In this document: positions 34,877 through 47,300 of the stretch, in pieces
Layout: each line of letters opens with the position of its first letter
Numbering within the stretch: position 1 is the first letter of the stretch
NCBI GenBank assembly: GCA_002269645.1
Contig: NIVC01002820.1
Span: 1 to 64,000 of the forward strand
Direction of reading: 5' to 3'
From: Macrostomum lignano
Lineage: Eukaryota
DNA length: 64,000 bases
Position numbers and translations under genes: made by a program
Notes under the pieces: generated by a model
Told to the model about the DNA's origin: nothing
Database searches by the model: none
What the model saw: the letters and a program-made list of their open reading frames with translations, nothing else

Positions 34877-35534
34877 TTGAACTGAACAACTCTCTTCTAG
34901 AAGGCGGCAGCTGCTTGTTATTGTTTAATTGTTTTAGTAATATTTAATTAGCCATAACCCAATTGAGCTGTCTTTGATTTGAGATTGACAGGTGCCTGGT
35001 GGCTCTGCTGCACTCCGAAATTTTTGCTAACGGCGTTCTTTTATAAAAATTAATTCTCCAGTTTTTTACAGACTGCTGCACTTTTTATCTCTGTTCTTTT
35101 TCCATATATAGCTTCTGCTCGTGTTTTTGTTTTAAAAAAAATGAACTTTTGATTTTGATTTCATTATGCAGTATATATCATTGTTGATTTTGTTATTTAG
35201 CAAGAATAATTCACTACTTTTTCCCAGATAGTCGCTGCAGGATTTTTTGAAAAAATGAATTACTTTTTATTAAATGTATATCTACTAGCACTACTGACTG
35301 ACTAGTATTAATTAGCCATAATTATTGCCTCCGTTATTGTTTGTAGCCATATTTTACACCTTGCTAGGTAAGCAGAACCCGTCCTGTCATCTATGCTGCA
35401 TCGCCAGCTCCGGGACTTTTGTTCACCTGATTTCACTTGCTTTCGGCTCTGTGGCTGCATGGCTGCTTTTGAAACGAGAGAAATTCACTTTTTTTTAGTA
35501 AATTGCTGCTTTTGGACAGATTAGCATGTGCATA

Positions 35535-35694
35535 ACAGAGACAAACAGGCTCATAACAGACAGACAAACAGGCTCATAGCAGACGGACAGACAAACAGGC
35601 TCATAGCAGACGGACAGACAAACAGGCTCATAACAGACAGACAGACAGACAGACAAACAGGCTCATAACAGACGGACAGACAAACAGGCTCATA

Positions 35695-35730
<36 letters not shown>

Positions 35731-35926
35731 GCTCATAACAGACAGACAAACATGCCCATAGCATACGGACAGACAAACAGGCTCATAACAGACAGACAGA
35801 CAAACAGGCTCATAACAGACAGACAGACAAACAGGCTCATAACAGACGGACAGACAAACAGGCTCATAACAGACAGACAGACAGACAAACAGGCTCATAA
35901 CAGACGGACAGACAAACAGGCTCATA

Positions 35927-35958
<32 letters not shown>

Positions 35959-36320
35959 GCTCATAACAGACAGACAAACATGCCCATAGCATACGGACAG
36001 ACAAACAGGCTCATAACAGACAGACAGACAAACAGGCTCATAACAGACGGACAGACAAACAGGCTCATAACAGACAGACAGACAAACAGGCTCATAACAG
36101 ACGGACAGACAAACAGGCTCATAACAGACAGACAGACAAACAGGCTCCTAACAGACGGACAGACAAACAGGCTCATAACAGACAGACAGACAAACAGGCT
36201 CATAACAGACAGACAAACATGCCCATAGCAGACGGACAGACAAACATGCCCATAGCAGACGGACAGACAAACATGCTCATGACAGACAAACAGGCTTATT
36301 ACAGAGAGACAAAAAGCTCA
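35535..36320. repeat. Compound (ACAG)n-derived minisatellite
   Basis: ACAAACAGGCTCATA units separated by variable ACAG runs. Confidence 0.93.
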
Positions 36321-37042
36321 TAACAGATCATATAGACTTATTAACCGATAGGCAAAGGTGCTGTATAAGGTCTGTCGCCTCTATCCGTTCTACTGAACAA
36401 AGACCGCATTAGTACAAATTCTTAGAAACTCTCCTCTGCAGGGTTTGTGTTACCAGCTGCCAATGGCGACAAAATGTATTTGTTAAGTATTCCATTTTCG
36501 TTCTGCTTACTTTTGTTAAAATGACAATGAATTTCGACATATTCTACTTATTATGTTTTTTATGCTAGTAATATAAACAATTTTTGAGCGTGTCATTATC
36601 AGTGCTCAATCATAGCCATTAGTTTATCAATATAACCGCTTGTTCCAAGTGTACAACACTCAGCCCAATGCGAGTTTTATAACAAATTTTGTCTTGGCTT
36701 TTTATAAAGCAAATATATACCGGAACTTGTACATATGTGTCAAATTTTAGTCAAATTTTTATCAATAACTAAAATGTACTCATTACTCAACTAAACTAAC
36801 AAATCGCATTGAAGATTCTCAATTCATTTTAATCGACTGAAGAAAAATCTGCTAGAAAATAAGAAAACATCTTTAATAAAGTCTGCAGTCGTGTATATTT
36901 GAAACAGTCCAGGTCAGTCCATCTGCCACTAGAAAGAAATCAAGGAGTAACAAGACAGATTACGTATTAAATAGCAAGAGATTGAGGCCTCACGCAAGGT
37001 GATTGGACGCGTTTTACACTGGAATCAGCTGCGTTGGATGGG

Positions 37043-37310
37043 CACTTAACTAGTGTCACCTGCTCACTTAACTAGTGTCACCTGCTCACTTAACTAGTGT
37101 CACCTGCTCACTTAACTAGTGTCACCTGCTCACTTAACTAGTGTCACCTGCTCACTTAACTAGTGTCACCTGCTCACTTAACTAGTGTCACCTGCTCGCT
37201 TAACTAGTGTCACCTGCTTACTTAACTAGTGTCACCTGCTCACTTAACTAGTGTCAGCTGCTCACTTAACTAGTCACTGCTCACTTAACTAGTGTCACCT
37301 GCTCACCTAA
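37043..37310. repeat. 22-bp minisatellite just past the ELMOD stop
   Basis: Unit CACTTAACTAGTGTCACCTGCT. Confidence 0.95.
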
Positions 37311-37366
37311 TTTGTGTCACTTCTCACTAGCTGATCATCCAGCGATGCCTGCTCACTACTCACTCA

Positions 37367-37890
37367 TCACCCAGTCTCACTGCTCTCCTCAGGAGCCCTA
37401 AACAGGCAGTCAGAGCGCGCGGCCTCAGTCTTAATCAGCCGCTTAAACTTGGCTTTCACCGAGTTGAACTCCATAACGCTGGCGCCCTGACGCTGCCAGA
37501 AGTCGGCGAAGCGCAGGAACAGGCAGCAGAACAGGCGGTGCAGGTCGTCCAGCTCGTAGGAGCCCAGGTTGTAAAAGTGCTTGCGGAACTTGCGGGCGGC
37601 CAGAAGTCGCCAGACCAGGTGCCCGATATTGATGCCGGCGACCGCGAATGGGAAGCCGCTGACGGGGTGCTGGCTCTGGCTAAGCACCGCTGCCGCCTGG
37701 CTGGGGTAGCGGCTGGCCAGGAACAGCAGCTGCTCCAGGCCCAGCATGCCCATGCCGCGGAAGTCCGTCTGGGGGTCGTCGCCCTGACAACGGGATTTTG
37801 GAGCATGCGGCTGGATTTGTTAGAGCTCATGGGATTCAAGACAGACAGACAGACAGACACAGAGGCACTAAGACAGACAGACACTAAGGC

Positions 37891-37923
<33 letters not shown>

Positions 37924-38034
37924 CAGAAGCACTAAGACAGACAGACACTAAGGCAGACAGAGAGACAAGCAGACAGACAGACAGACAGACAGAGAAACAG
38001 ACAGACACAGACAGACAGACAGACAGACAGACAC

Positions 38035-38087
<53 letters not shown>

Positions 38088-38252
38088 GAAACAGACAGAC
38101 AGACAGACAGACAAGTAGACACAGACAGACAGACAGACAGACACAGACAGACATGCAGACACACAAACAGACAGACAGACAAGCAGACACAGACATACAG
38201 ACAGAGACACAGACAAACAGACAGACACAGACACTAAGACAGACAAATAGAC

Positions 38253-38283
<31 letters not shown>

Positions 38284-39493
38284 CACGGGAGCCGCGCACC
38301 TGAAAGCCGATGTCGCCCCACTGCTTGCATATCCGGCCCGAGAGCGGCTGTCCCGGGCAGAGGGCGGTCCACAGCTTGGCCAGTTTGGCCTCGTGCTCGG
38401 CGCAGTCGTTGCTGAAGGCGACTCGTCGGACGGCGTCGGCGCGTCGGCAGAGTCGGTCGTGGCTGGCCACGGCGATGGCGGCCTCGGCCAGCGCGGACTC
38501 GAACTGCGGGTACACGCCCGGCTCCACGCGCTTGGCCACCGCCACGGCCGAAGCGGCCTCGGCAGCTTGGGCGGCGGAGATCAGCTCGTCTTTGCCGCGG
38601 TCGCCGCCCTGCTGTGCTGGCTGAACTGCCGGCAGCAGCGCCCGCACGGCGGGGCATCCGGAGGCGCGGATGGCCAGCTCTGAGAAAGAATTTCAGGGGA
38701 AAAACCTCATTAATAAATTTGCTCTACAGCAGCTGAGATTTGTACATAGATTGAAAGGGCCTAAAGTTTCACAGAGGAATTACAGAATATTTTAATGGAG
38801 ATGCCAGTTTCTAAAGTGAGCACTGGTGCCAGCGGGACCAATGCATCTAGATGGATACTAGTGTGTCTCTAGATGAATACCAGTGTGTCTCTAGATGGAT
38901 ACTAGTGTCTCTAGATGGATACTAGTGTGTCTCTAGATGGATACTAGTGTGTCTCTAGATGGATACTAGTGTGTCTCTAGATGGATACTAGTGTGCCTCT
39001 AGATGAATACCAGTGTGCCTCTAGATGAATACCAGTGTGTCTCTAGATGAATACTAGTGTGTCTCTAGATGGATACTAGTGTGTCTCTAGATGAATACTA
39101 GTGTGTCTCTAGATGGGTACTAGTGTGTCTCTAGATGAATACCAGTGTGTCTCTAGATGGATACTAGTGTGTCTCTAGATGTTTGCTGTTTGTCTCTAAA
39201 TGGGTACCAGTGTCTCTAGATGGGCACCAGTGTGCAGAGGCATGCAGAGGCCTATATTCATTATGTGTTCCACAACGGAGCACATAAACCCAAAGGTACA
39301 AGTTGTTGTCAAGCGAAACTTTACCCAGCTTGCAGATGCGCTCGGCGCCGCTCGGATAGCGCAGCACAATGCGCAGCAGTTCGCACCGGCCAGAGAATTT
39401 GGTTAGCAACCACTTGAACATTGGCCAGACCAGGGACAGCAGCAGATCAAGCAGGCTCTGAAAGGCGACAGCCAGCGGCCATCGCTTGACCAT
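37367..39493 (-). CDS. ELMOD2: ELMO domain-containing protein (ELMOD1/2-like ARL GAP), 3 exons, 321 aa
   Basis: Exons 39493-39325, 38679-38300, 37783-37367 (GT-AG, 966 nt). Motifs [50 protein letters not shown]. Confidence 0.92.
37838..38287. repeat. (ACAG)n-rich microsatellite in ELMOD intron 2
   Basis: Visible ACAG runs with interspersed CACTAAG. Confidence 0.95.
38845..39220. repeat. 22-bp minisatellite in ELMOD intron 1
   Basis: Unit TCTAGATGGATACTAGTGTGTC. Confidence 0.93.
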
Positions 39494-39519
39494 GGCTGGA
39501 ATGGCCGGTGTACAGTTTG

Positions 39520-40170
39520 CGGTCACTGTTGCACACAGTGTGCAGTCACTGTTACACACAGTGTGCAGTCACTGTTACACAGTTTGCGGTCACTGTTACA
39601 CACAGTGTGCAGTCACTGTTACACACAGTGTGCAGTCACTGTTACACAGTGTGCAGTCACTGTTACACACAGTGTGCAGTCACTGTTACACACAGTGTGC
39701 AGTCACTGTTACACACAGTGTGCAGTCACTGTTACACACAATGTGCAGTCACTGTTACACACAATGTGCAGTCACTGTTACACACAGTGTGCAGTCACTG
39801 TTACACACAGTGTGCAGTCACTGTTACACAGTGTGCAGTCACTGTTACACACAGTGTGCAGTCACTGTTACACACAGTATGCAGTCACTGTTACACACAG
39901 TGTGCAGTCACTGTTACACACAGTGTACATTCACTGTTACACACAGTGTGCAGTCACTGTTACACACAGTGTGCAGTCACTGTTACACACAGTGTGCAGT
40001 CACTGTTACACACAGTGTACATTCACTGTTACACACAGTGTGCAGTCACTGTTACACACAGTGTGCAGTCACTGTTACACACAGTTTGCAATCACTGTTA
40101 CACACAGTGTGCAGTCACTGTTACACACAGTTTGCAGTCACTGTTACACACAGTGTGCAGTCACAGTTAC
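39520..40170. repeat. 23-bp minisatellite directly upstream of the ELMOD ATG
   Basis: Unit CACTGTTACACACAGTGTGCAGT. Confidence 0.95.
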
Positions 40171-40711
40171 AAATATGCAAGCCAAAGTCGGAGAGCAAAC
40201 ACATTGAAAGTTGCATACCAAATCCCTGTATTTGAAATTACGAATTTGCAAACGGTAACAAAGCAAAGTAGCAATCTTAAGAATAATACCGTAACATATT
40301 ATTATGAATTTGAGGTGGAATACAAAACAAAGGAGAGCTTCAAGGCTGATTGATTTCCAACTGTACAAAGCGCAGCGCTTGCTCTTAACCAAGCACTGGC
40401 TGTTGGATTTGCGCGACTTTAAAAATATTGAAACCCAAGGCTCAGTATGTTAGGGCGGCAGATGAAGGACTGATAAATGCTGCAACAGAGGAAGCTGGGC
40501 ATTGAATATAACAAAGGATAACAGAGTTTGTAGACAAATCTGAATCAGTAGGGCGCCGCATCTACGAGGACTCGCTTGTACAATGTGGGAATTGCACTTT
40601 AGCCACAGATGCCGCGGATCCGCATGTAATTATTACAGATAGTAAAACTGATAGGAAACTGACGGAATAAGATAATAATGACAGACTGGCAGCTCTCCGA
40701 ACTCTCTGGCT

Positions 40712-41180
40712 ACCAATCTGTGAGGTTGTCTACTAATCTGTGAGGTTGCCTACCAATCTGTGAGGCTGTCTATCAATCTGTGAGGTTGTCTACTAATCTG
40801 TGAGGCTGTCTATCAATCTGTGAGGCTGTCTACCAATCTGTGAGGTTGCCTACTAATCTGTGTGGTTGTCTACCAATCTGTGAGGTTGCCTACCAATCTG
40901 TGAGGCTGTCTACCAATCTGTGAGGTTGCCTACCAATCTGTGAGGTTGTCTACCAATCTGTGAGGCTGTCTACCAATCTGTGAGGCTGTCTACCAATCTG
41001 TGAGGTTGCCTACCAATCTGTGAGGTTGCCTACCAATCTGTGAGGCTGTCTACCAATCTGTGAGGTTGCCTACCAATCTGTGAGGTTGCCTACCAATCTG
41101 TGAGGTTGTCTACCAATCTGTGAGGCTGTCTACCAATTTGTGAGGCTGTCTACCAATCTGTGAGGTTGTCTACCAATCTT
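40712..41180. repeat. 20-bp minisatellite downstream of the SBNO stop
   Basis: Unit TACCAATCTGTGAGG(T/C)TG(T/C)C. Confidence 0.95.
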
Positions 41181-41321
41181 AGAGGCTGCCTACTTTGCCT
41201 ATCAGTCTGAGAGGCTGCCTACTTTGCCTATCAGTCATACTCCATACTGTACATAGTCCATACTGTAATGAAAGGAATTTAAAAATAGAATAAAAAGCGC
41301 AGGACAAAACTAGCTGGGCAG

Positions 41322-44300
41322 TCACTGCATCTGGCTCAGACAGGAGTGAACAGGTCCCACAGACTCGGGCGGCACCAGGACTCCCACAATCCGCTTGCCA
41401 TCGCTGGCCCGCATGCGCACCAGCTGCATGTTGCGGCAGACCCGCTCCAGTGTTGGCCAGACGCTCAGCACTGAGCCGGCCAGCAGGTGGTAAACTCGGA
41501 CTCGAAGGCCAACCTCGCAGGGCTTGCCGGTGGCCGCCTGACGGCCGCACAAGCCGCTGGCCGAGCTGATGGCGTGGGCGCACTGGCTGCGCGACCGCTC
41601 GTACACCTGGGCGGGAGGCCAGTGTCTGATTACTAACTGCAGACAGGTGCTGAATCATCGTCAGAACCAGAAGGAATGCACCATCAGACAATACGCAAAC
41701 CATAGCTCCCGGCCAAACTCAAATGACTCAGACTCCCTAAAGCTGCTTAAAAGGAGGCTCCTTCGGCGAAATCGTCTCACAATCAGCAATTCTGGCCATT
41801 CCGCTGGCTCCTGAGCACATGCAAGCGCGCCAATACTGCACGCAGGCAAGCACTCACACACACGCTCACACGGGGTGTACATCGGCCCTGACTGTCAGAC
41901 ATGTACACTGTCTGCATCCTGGGGCTTGGCCCTCATGAGTGTGAGCAAGGTGGTCAGCAACTAGAAACTGGCCTCACTCATGGACTACAAAACCGACCAG
42001 GACACCCACCTGCTCCCACAGCCGCTTGGCCAGCACTAGAAACTGGCCTCACTCATGGACTACAAAACCGACCAGGACACCCACCTGCTCCCACAGCCGC
42101 TTGGCCAGCACTAGAAACTGGCCTCACTCATGGACTACAAAACCGACCAGGACACCCACCTGCTCCCACAGCCGCTTGACCAGCTCCAAGTCCGTCGTCC
42201 GCTGCCAGCGCTCCTGCAGGCGGATGAGGTCCTCCAGCCTGGCCTGCTGCCCGGTGCTCGGCCTGTACAGCCGCATCAGCGCGGCCGCCTCATCGGCCGC
42301 CGTGGAAGAGGAGCCGCCACCTTCAAGTCGGCGCCGTTTGTTGCGCTGCTTCCTGGACGGCGCCACGGCCAGCAGCGGCTGCTTCAAGCCGGAGGCGGCC
42401 GCCTGCTTAGGCAGGTAAAAACCGTCGTGCGGCCTCTCGTGCAGGTAGAAAATCTCGGAGGCCCGGTGCCACGACAGGCCGCGCTCCGCCCGCACCGTGT
42501 GCAGGTGCACCTGGCAGCAGTCGCCGAAGTAGCGCGTCTCGTAGGACTCGGTGTCTTCGATCTGGGGCGATAGGGGGGGAGGATCGGCTTTGTGATTCAG
42601 CTGCAGCACCGCTGCGGCAACTCCACTACAGCAACTCCACTAAAGCAACTCCACTACAGCAACTCCACTACAGCAAATCTACTACAACCACCCCACTACA
42701 GCCACTCCACTGCAGCCACTCCACTACAGCCACTCTACTACAGCCACTCCACTACAGCTACTCCACTACAGCCACTCTACAACAGCCACTCCACTACAGC
42801 AACTCCACTACAGCAAATCTACTACAGCAATTCTACTACAACCACCCCACTACAGCCACTCCACTACAGCCACTCCACTACAGCCACTCTACTACAGCAA
42901 CTCCACTACAGCTACTCCACTACAACAAGTCCACTACAGCTACTCTTCTACAGCAACTCTACTACAGCTACAGTAATACTACAGCAACTCTACTACAGCA
43001 ACCCACTTAATTGCTGCACAAAAATCCACTCCAGAATGCAGAGTTGAGCCCCTCACCTGCAAACTCTCCCCCTTGACGCCCAGGTCGGCAATGCCGATAT
43101 CCAGTTTGCCTTCCCGTTTCGCTTTCAGCGTCACCTCGGCCAGAGTGTCGGCAAAGTACTGGAACAGCGCGTTCTGCAAGGCCACCTCCAGGCCGAGCAG
43201 GCGGTTCAGGAACTTGGGAATGTAGTTGTACTCCCTGTCCAAGTAGTAGCCGTTTGGCTGCTTGCCAACCATGCCCATGCTGACCAGAGCCTGCGGGAAG
43301 TCGAACCACAGATCGACGGGTACTTCGGCGATCGGCTCCTCCATGCCAATGGCTGACTTGACCGCCGTCTCCAGGGCCAGGCGGCCGAACCGGTTGTCCA
43401 GGTTGAAGCGGGACAGGTCGCGACTCTCGCCAGCTCGCCTGTCGCCGTGAGTCAGGGCGCCGAGGCTTTCCAGCCGCTTAGCAACGGAGGCGGCGAAACG
43501 GCGCTCGCCGGCCAGCTCGGAGATGAGGAACACGTAGCGGGGCGCCGACACCTGGTTGGAGCGGTGGGTGCGCCCGAACTGCTGGATGGCCCGATCGGCG
43601 CTCCAGGGCAGCTCCAGGGTGATGTGCACCCGGCGGCGCTGGTTCAGGGCGCGCTTGTCCGCCTGGGTTTGGCAGTGATGGAAAATGCGCATCAGAACTA
43701 CTTATTGGAGCTGATCACTGAGTAGTATAATGTAGATGGATAACAGAGAGACAGACAGACAGACAGACAGACTCAAACCCACCTGCAGGCTGATACCGCT
43801 AGAGGCAGCCTCTGAGATCACCGCAATCAGTTTGTCTCCGTCCATAAAGCGCTGCTTTTCGGTCAGGTTAATCAGCTCCATCGATAGCTCAGTCTCGCGG
43901 CGGCTTTCATATGTAACCTGTGGGATACAGAGGGGAATTTATTATAACTACAATGGAGCGTTACTTTCCTTAACAAAATACACAGGTGTGAACGCCAGCG
44001 ATTTCCCCGAAAGACCAGGTGGGAGTACCAGGTGGGAGGAAGGACCGGGTGGAAGGACCGGGTGGAAGGACCAGGTCTGAAGGAGAGACCAGGTCTGAGG
44101 ACCAGGTCTGAGGACCAGGTGGAAGGAAGGACCGGTTGGAAGGACCAGGTGGAAGGACCAGGTGGGAGGACCAGGAAGGGCCAGGCGCCAAGAGGAAGGA
44201 CCAGGTGGGAGGACCAGGAAGGGCCAGGCGCCAAGAGGAAGGACCAGGTGGGAGGACCAGGAAGGGCCAGGCGCCAAGAGGAAGGACCAGGTGGGAGGAC

Positions 44301-47300
44301 CAGGAAGGGCCAGGCGCCAAGAGGAAGGACCAGGTGGGAGGAAGGACCAGGTGGGAGCCTGAAGAACCAGGGGTATAAAGAATCGATTATTTCTCGCCGG
44401 AAATTTAAACTACCTGTCCGGCATCGTCGGCAACAACTCGGCCACGCCGTCCGGTCATTTCGGCTACCACCGCTGGGCCGCCCAGCCTGTCGATGAGTTC
44501 GTCCAGCGCATTCTTTGGCAACTGCTCGTCTAAGGCTTCGACAGCTCGCAGCAAATCCGCTTTCAGCTGCGCCGCCCGTCGCCGATCTTCGCCGGTGACT
44601 TCGCGCGGCGGCGCGGCGCCGGACTCGCTGCCGCTGCCGGCGCCGTCGCCAGCAGGCAGCCGATGCTGCCGAACCCACCGACTGCCCAGGATCTCGCCGA
44701 TAGTGTCGTCACCCTCGAACAGGTCCATGAGCGACAGGTCCACGCTCGGAAAGTGCTTCTCAACCAGAGACTGGAACACGCCTTTGGCTGTGGATACGAA
44801 ATCGCTGAGATCGCCCTGCGCCTCCTCCAGCATCTCGGTGGTGCGCGCCTCTCCAGTGGACTGCAGACCGATGACCACGCAGTGGCCGGCCTCCACCGCC
44901 TCCGTGGCCAGCTGTTGCGGAAGGCGCGTAGCGGGGCGACATTGTGAGCTCAGGGCAACTCCACTAGTACAAAATACTCAGTCGCTTACACATGTGACTA
45001 GAAACGCCGACCAATGAGTCGATATTTCTATTTGTTAGTCTGTAAAGAAAAGCTACGGCATTTCTACTTGTTAGTAGTCTGTAAAGAAAAGCTACGGCAT
45101 TTCTACTTGTTAGTAGTCTGTAAGGAAAAGCTTCGGTATTTCTACTTGTTAGTAGTCTGTAAGGAAAAGCTTCGGTATTTCTACTTGTTAGTAGTCTGTA
45201 AGGAAAAGCTCTGGTATTTCTACTTGTTAGTAGTCTGTAAGGAAAAGCTTCGGTATTTCTACTTGTTAGTAGTCTGTAAGGAAAAGCTTCGGTATTTCTA
45301 CTTGTTAGTAGTCTGTAAGGAAAAGCTTCGGTATTTGTACTTGTTAGTAGTCTGTAAGGAAAAGCTCTGGTATTTCTACTTGTTAGTAGTCTGTAAGGAA
45401 AAGCTTCGGTATTTCTACTTGTTAGTAGTCTGTAAGGAAAAGCTTCGGTATTTCTACTTGTTAGTAGTCTGTAAGGAAAAGCTTCGATATTTCTATTTGT
45501 TAGTAGTCTGTAAAGAAAAGCTCCGGTATTTCTACAGCACTTCAGTCAGTAGTCTGTAAAGAAAAACTCTTACCTCAACGCATCGATCAATCTTGGCGGA
45601 GACGCACAGGTGCTTGAAGAATCGCTGATGAGCGGACCAGAACTGGCCCCACACCATCTTGCGATTTCGACCCTCGGGATCCGTGCGCTTCGATGCCTCT
45701 TCGAATGCGGATTTGGCCTGCTGCCACAGTGCGCAGCTGGCGTTGTACATCTCTGTGTACTCTTGGCACAGGGGCACCTCATCTATGCCGAATTGCACAC
45801 CCTGAAGGGAAGGGCGAACAGGTCACCAGTGAACAGAAACAATGAAACTGGTTTAGGCAAACTTGAAGCTAGATTGAGTATAGAGCTAAGACTAGATTGG
45901 GTATAGAGCTGAGACTAGATTGGGTAAAGCTGAGACTAGTTTGGATATAGGGCTGAGACTAGATTGGCTATATGGCTGAGACTAGATTGGCTATAAGGCT
46001 GAGACTAGATTGGCTATAAGGCTGAGACTAGATTGGCTATAGGGCTGAGACTAGATTGGGTATAGAGCTGAGACTAGATTGGGTAAAGCTGAGACTAGTT
46101 TGGATATAGGGCTGAGACTAGATTGGCTATATGGCTGAGACTAGATTGGCTATAAGGCTGAGACTAGATTGGCTATAAGGCTGAGACTAGATTGGCTATA
46201 GGGCTGAAACTAGATTGGCTATAGGACTGAGACTAGATTGGCTATATGGCTGAGACTAGATTGGCTATAGGGCTGAGACTAGATTGGCTATATGGCTGAG
46301 ACTAGATTGGCTATAGGGCTGAGACTAGATTGGCTATAAGGCTGAGACTAGATTGGCTATAGGGCTAAGACTAGATTGGCTATAGGGCTGAGACTAGATT
46401 GGCTATATGGCTGAGACTAGATTGGCTATAGGGCTGAGACTAGATTGGCTATAGGGCTAAGACTAGATTGGCTATATGGCTAAGACTAGATTGGCTATAA
46501 GGCTGAGACTAGATTGGCTATAAGGCTGAGACTAGATTGGCTATAAGGCTGAGACTAGATTGGCTATAGGGCTAAGACTAGATTGGCTATAGGGCTGAGA
46601 CTAGATTGGCTATATGGCTGAGACTAGATTGGCTATAGGGCTGAGACTAGATTGGCTATAAGGCTGAGACTAGATTGGCTATAGGGCTAAGACTAGATTG
46701 GCTATATGGCTGAGACTAGATTGGCTATAAGGCTGAGACTAGATTGGCTATAAGGCTGAGACTAGATTGGCTATAAGGCTAAGACTAGATTGGCTATAGG
46801 GCTGAGACTAGATTGGCTATAAGGCTGAGACTAGATTGGCTATAAGGCTGAGACTAGATTGGCTATAGGGCTGAAACTAGATTGGGTAGAGTCGAGACTA
46901 AATTGGGTAGGGCAGGGACTAGATTGAGTAGAGATAAGACTAGATTGGGTAGCGCCGAGACTACATTTAGCAAAGGTGGCGGAGGTGAGACCGAGTAGGG
47001 TAGAGGTGAGACCGAGTAGGGTAGAGGTGAGACCGAGTAGGGTAGAGGTGAGACCGAGTAGAGTAGAGGTGAGACCGAGTAGGGTAGAGGTGAGACCGAG
47101 TAGAGTAGAGGTGAGACCGAGTAGGGTAGAGGTGAGACCAAGTAGAGTACAGGTGAGACCGAGTAGAGTACAGGTGAGACCGAGTAGAGTACAAGTGAGA
47201 CCAAGTAGAGTACAGGTGAGACTGATTAGAGTACAGGTGAGACCGAGTAGAGTACAGGTGAGACCGAGTAGAGTACAGGTGAGACCGAGTAGAGTACAAG

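Noticed and set aside
39486-40353. Cys/His-rich ORFs resembling zinc-finger or metallothionein repeats (HTVCSHCYTQC)
   Set aside because: Product of the 23-bp minisatellite, open in all three frames with identical cyclic peptides.
45014-45559. 181-aa ORF of [13 protein letters not shown] repeats
   Set aside because: A 39-bp intronic array antisense to SBNO intron 4; open only because the unit is a stop-free multiple of 3.
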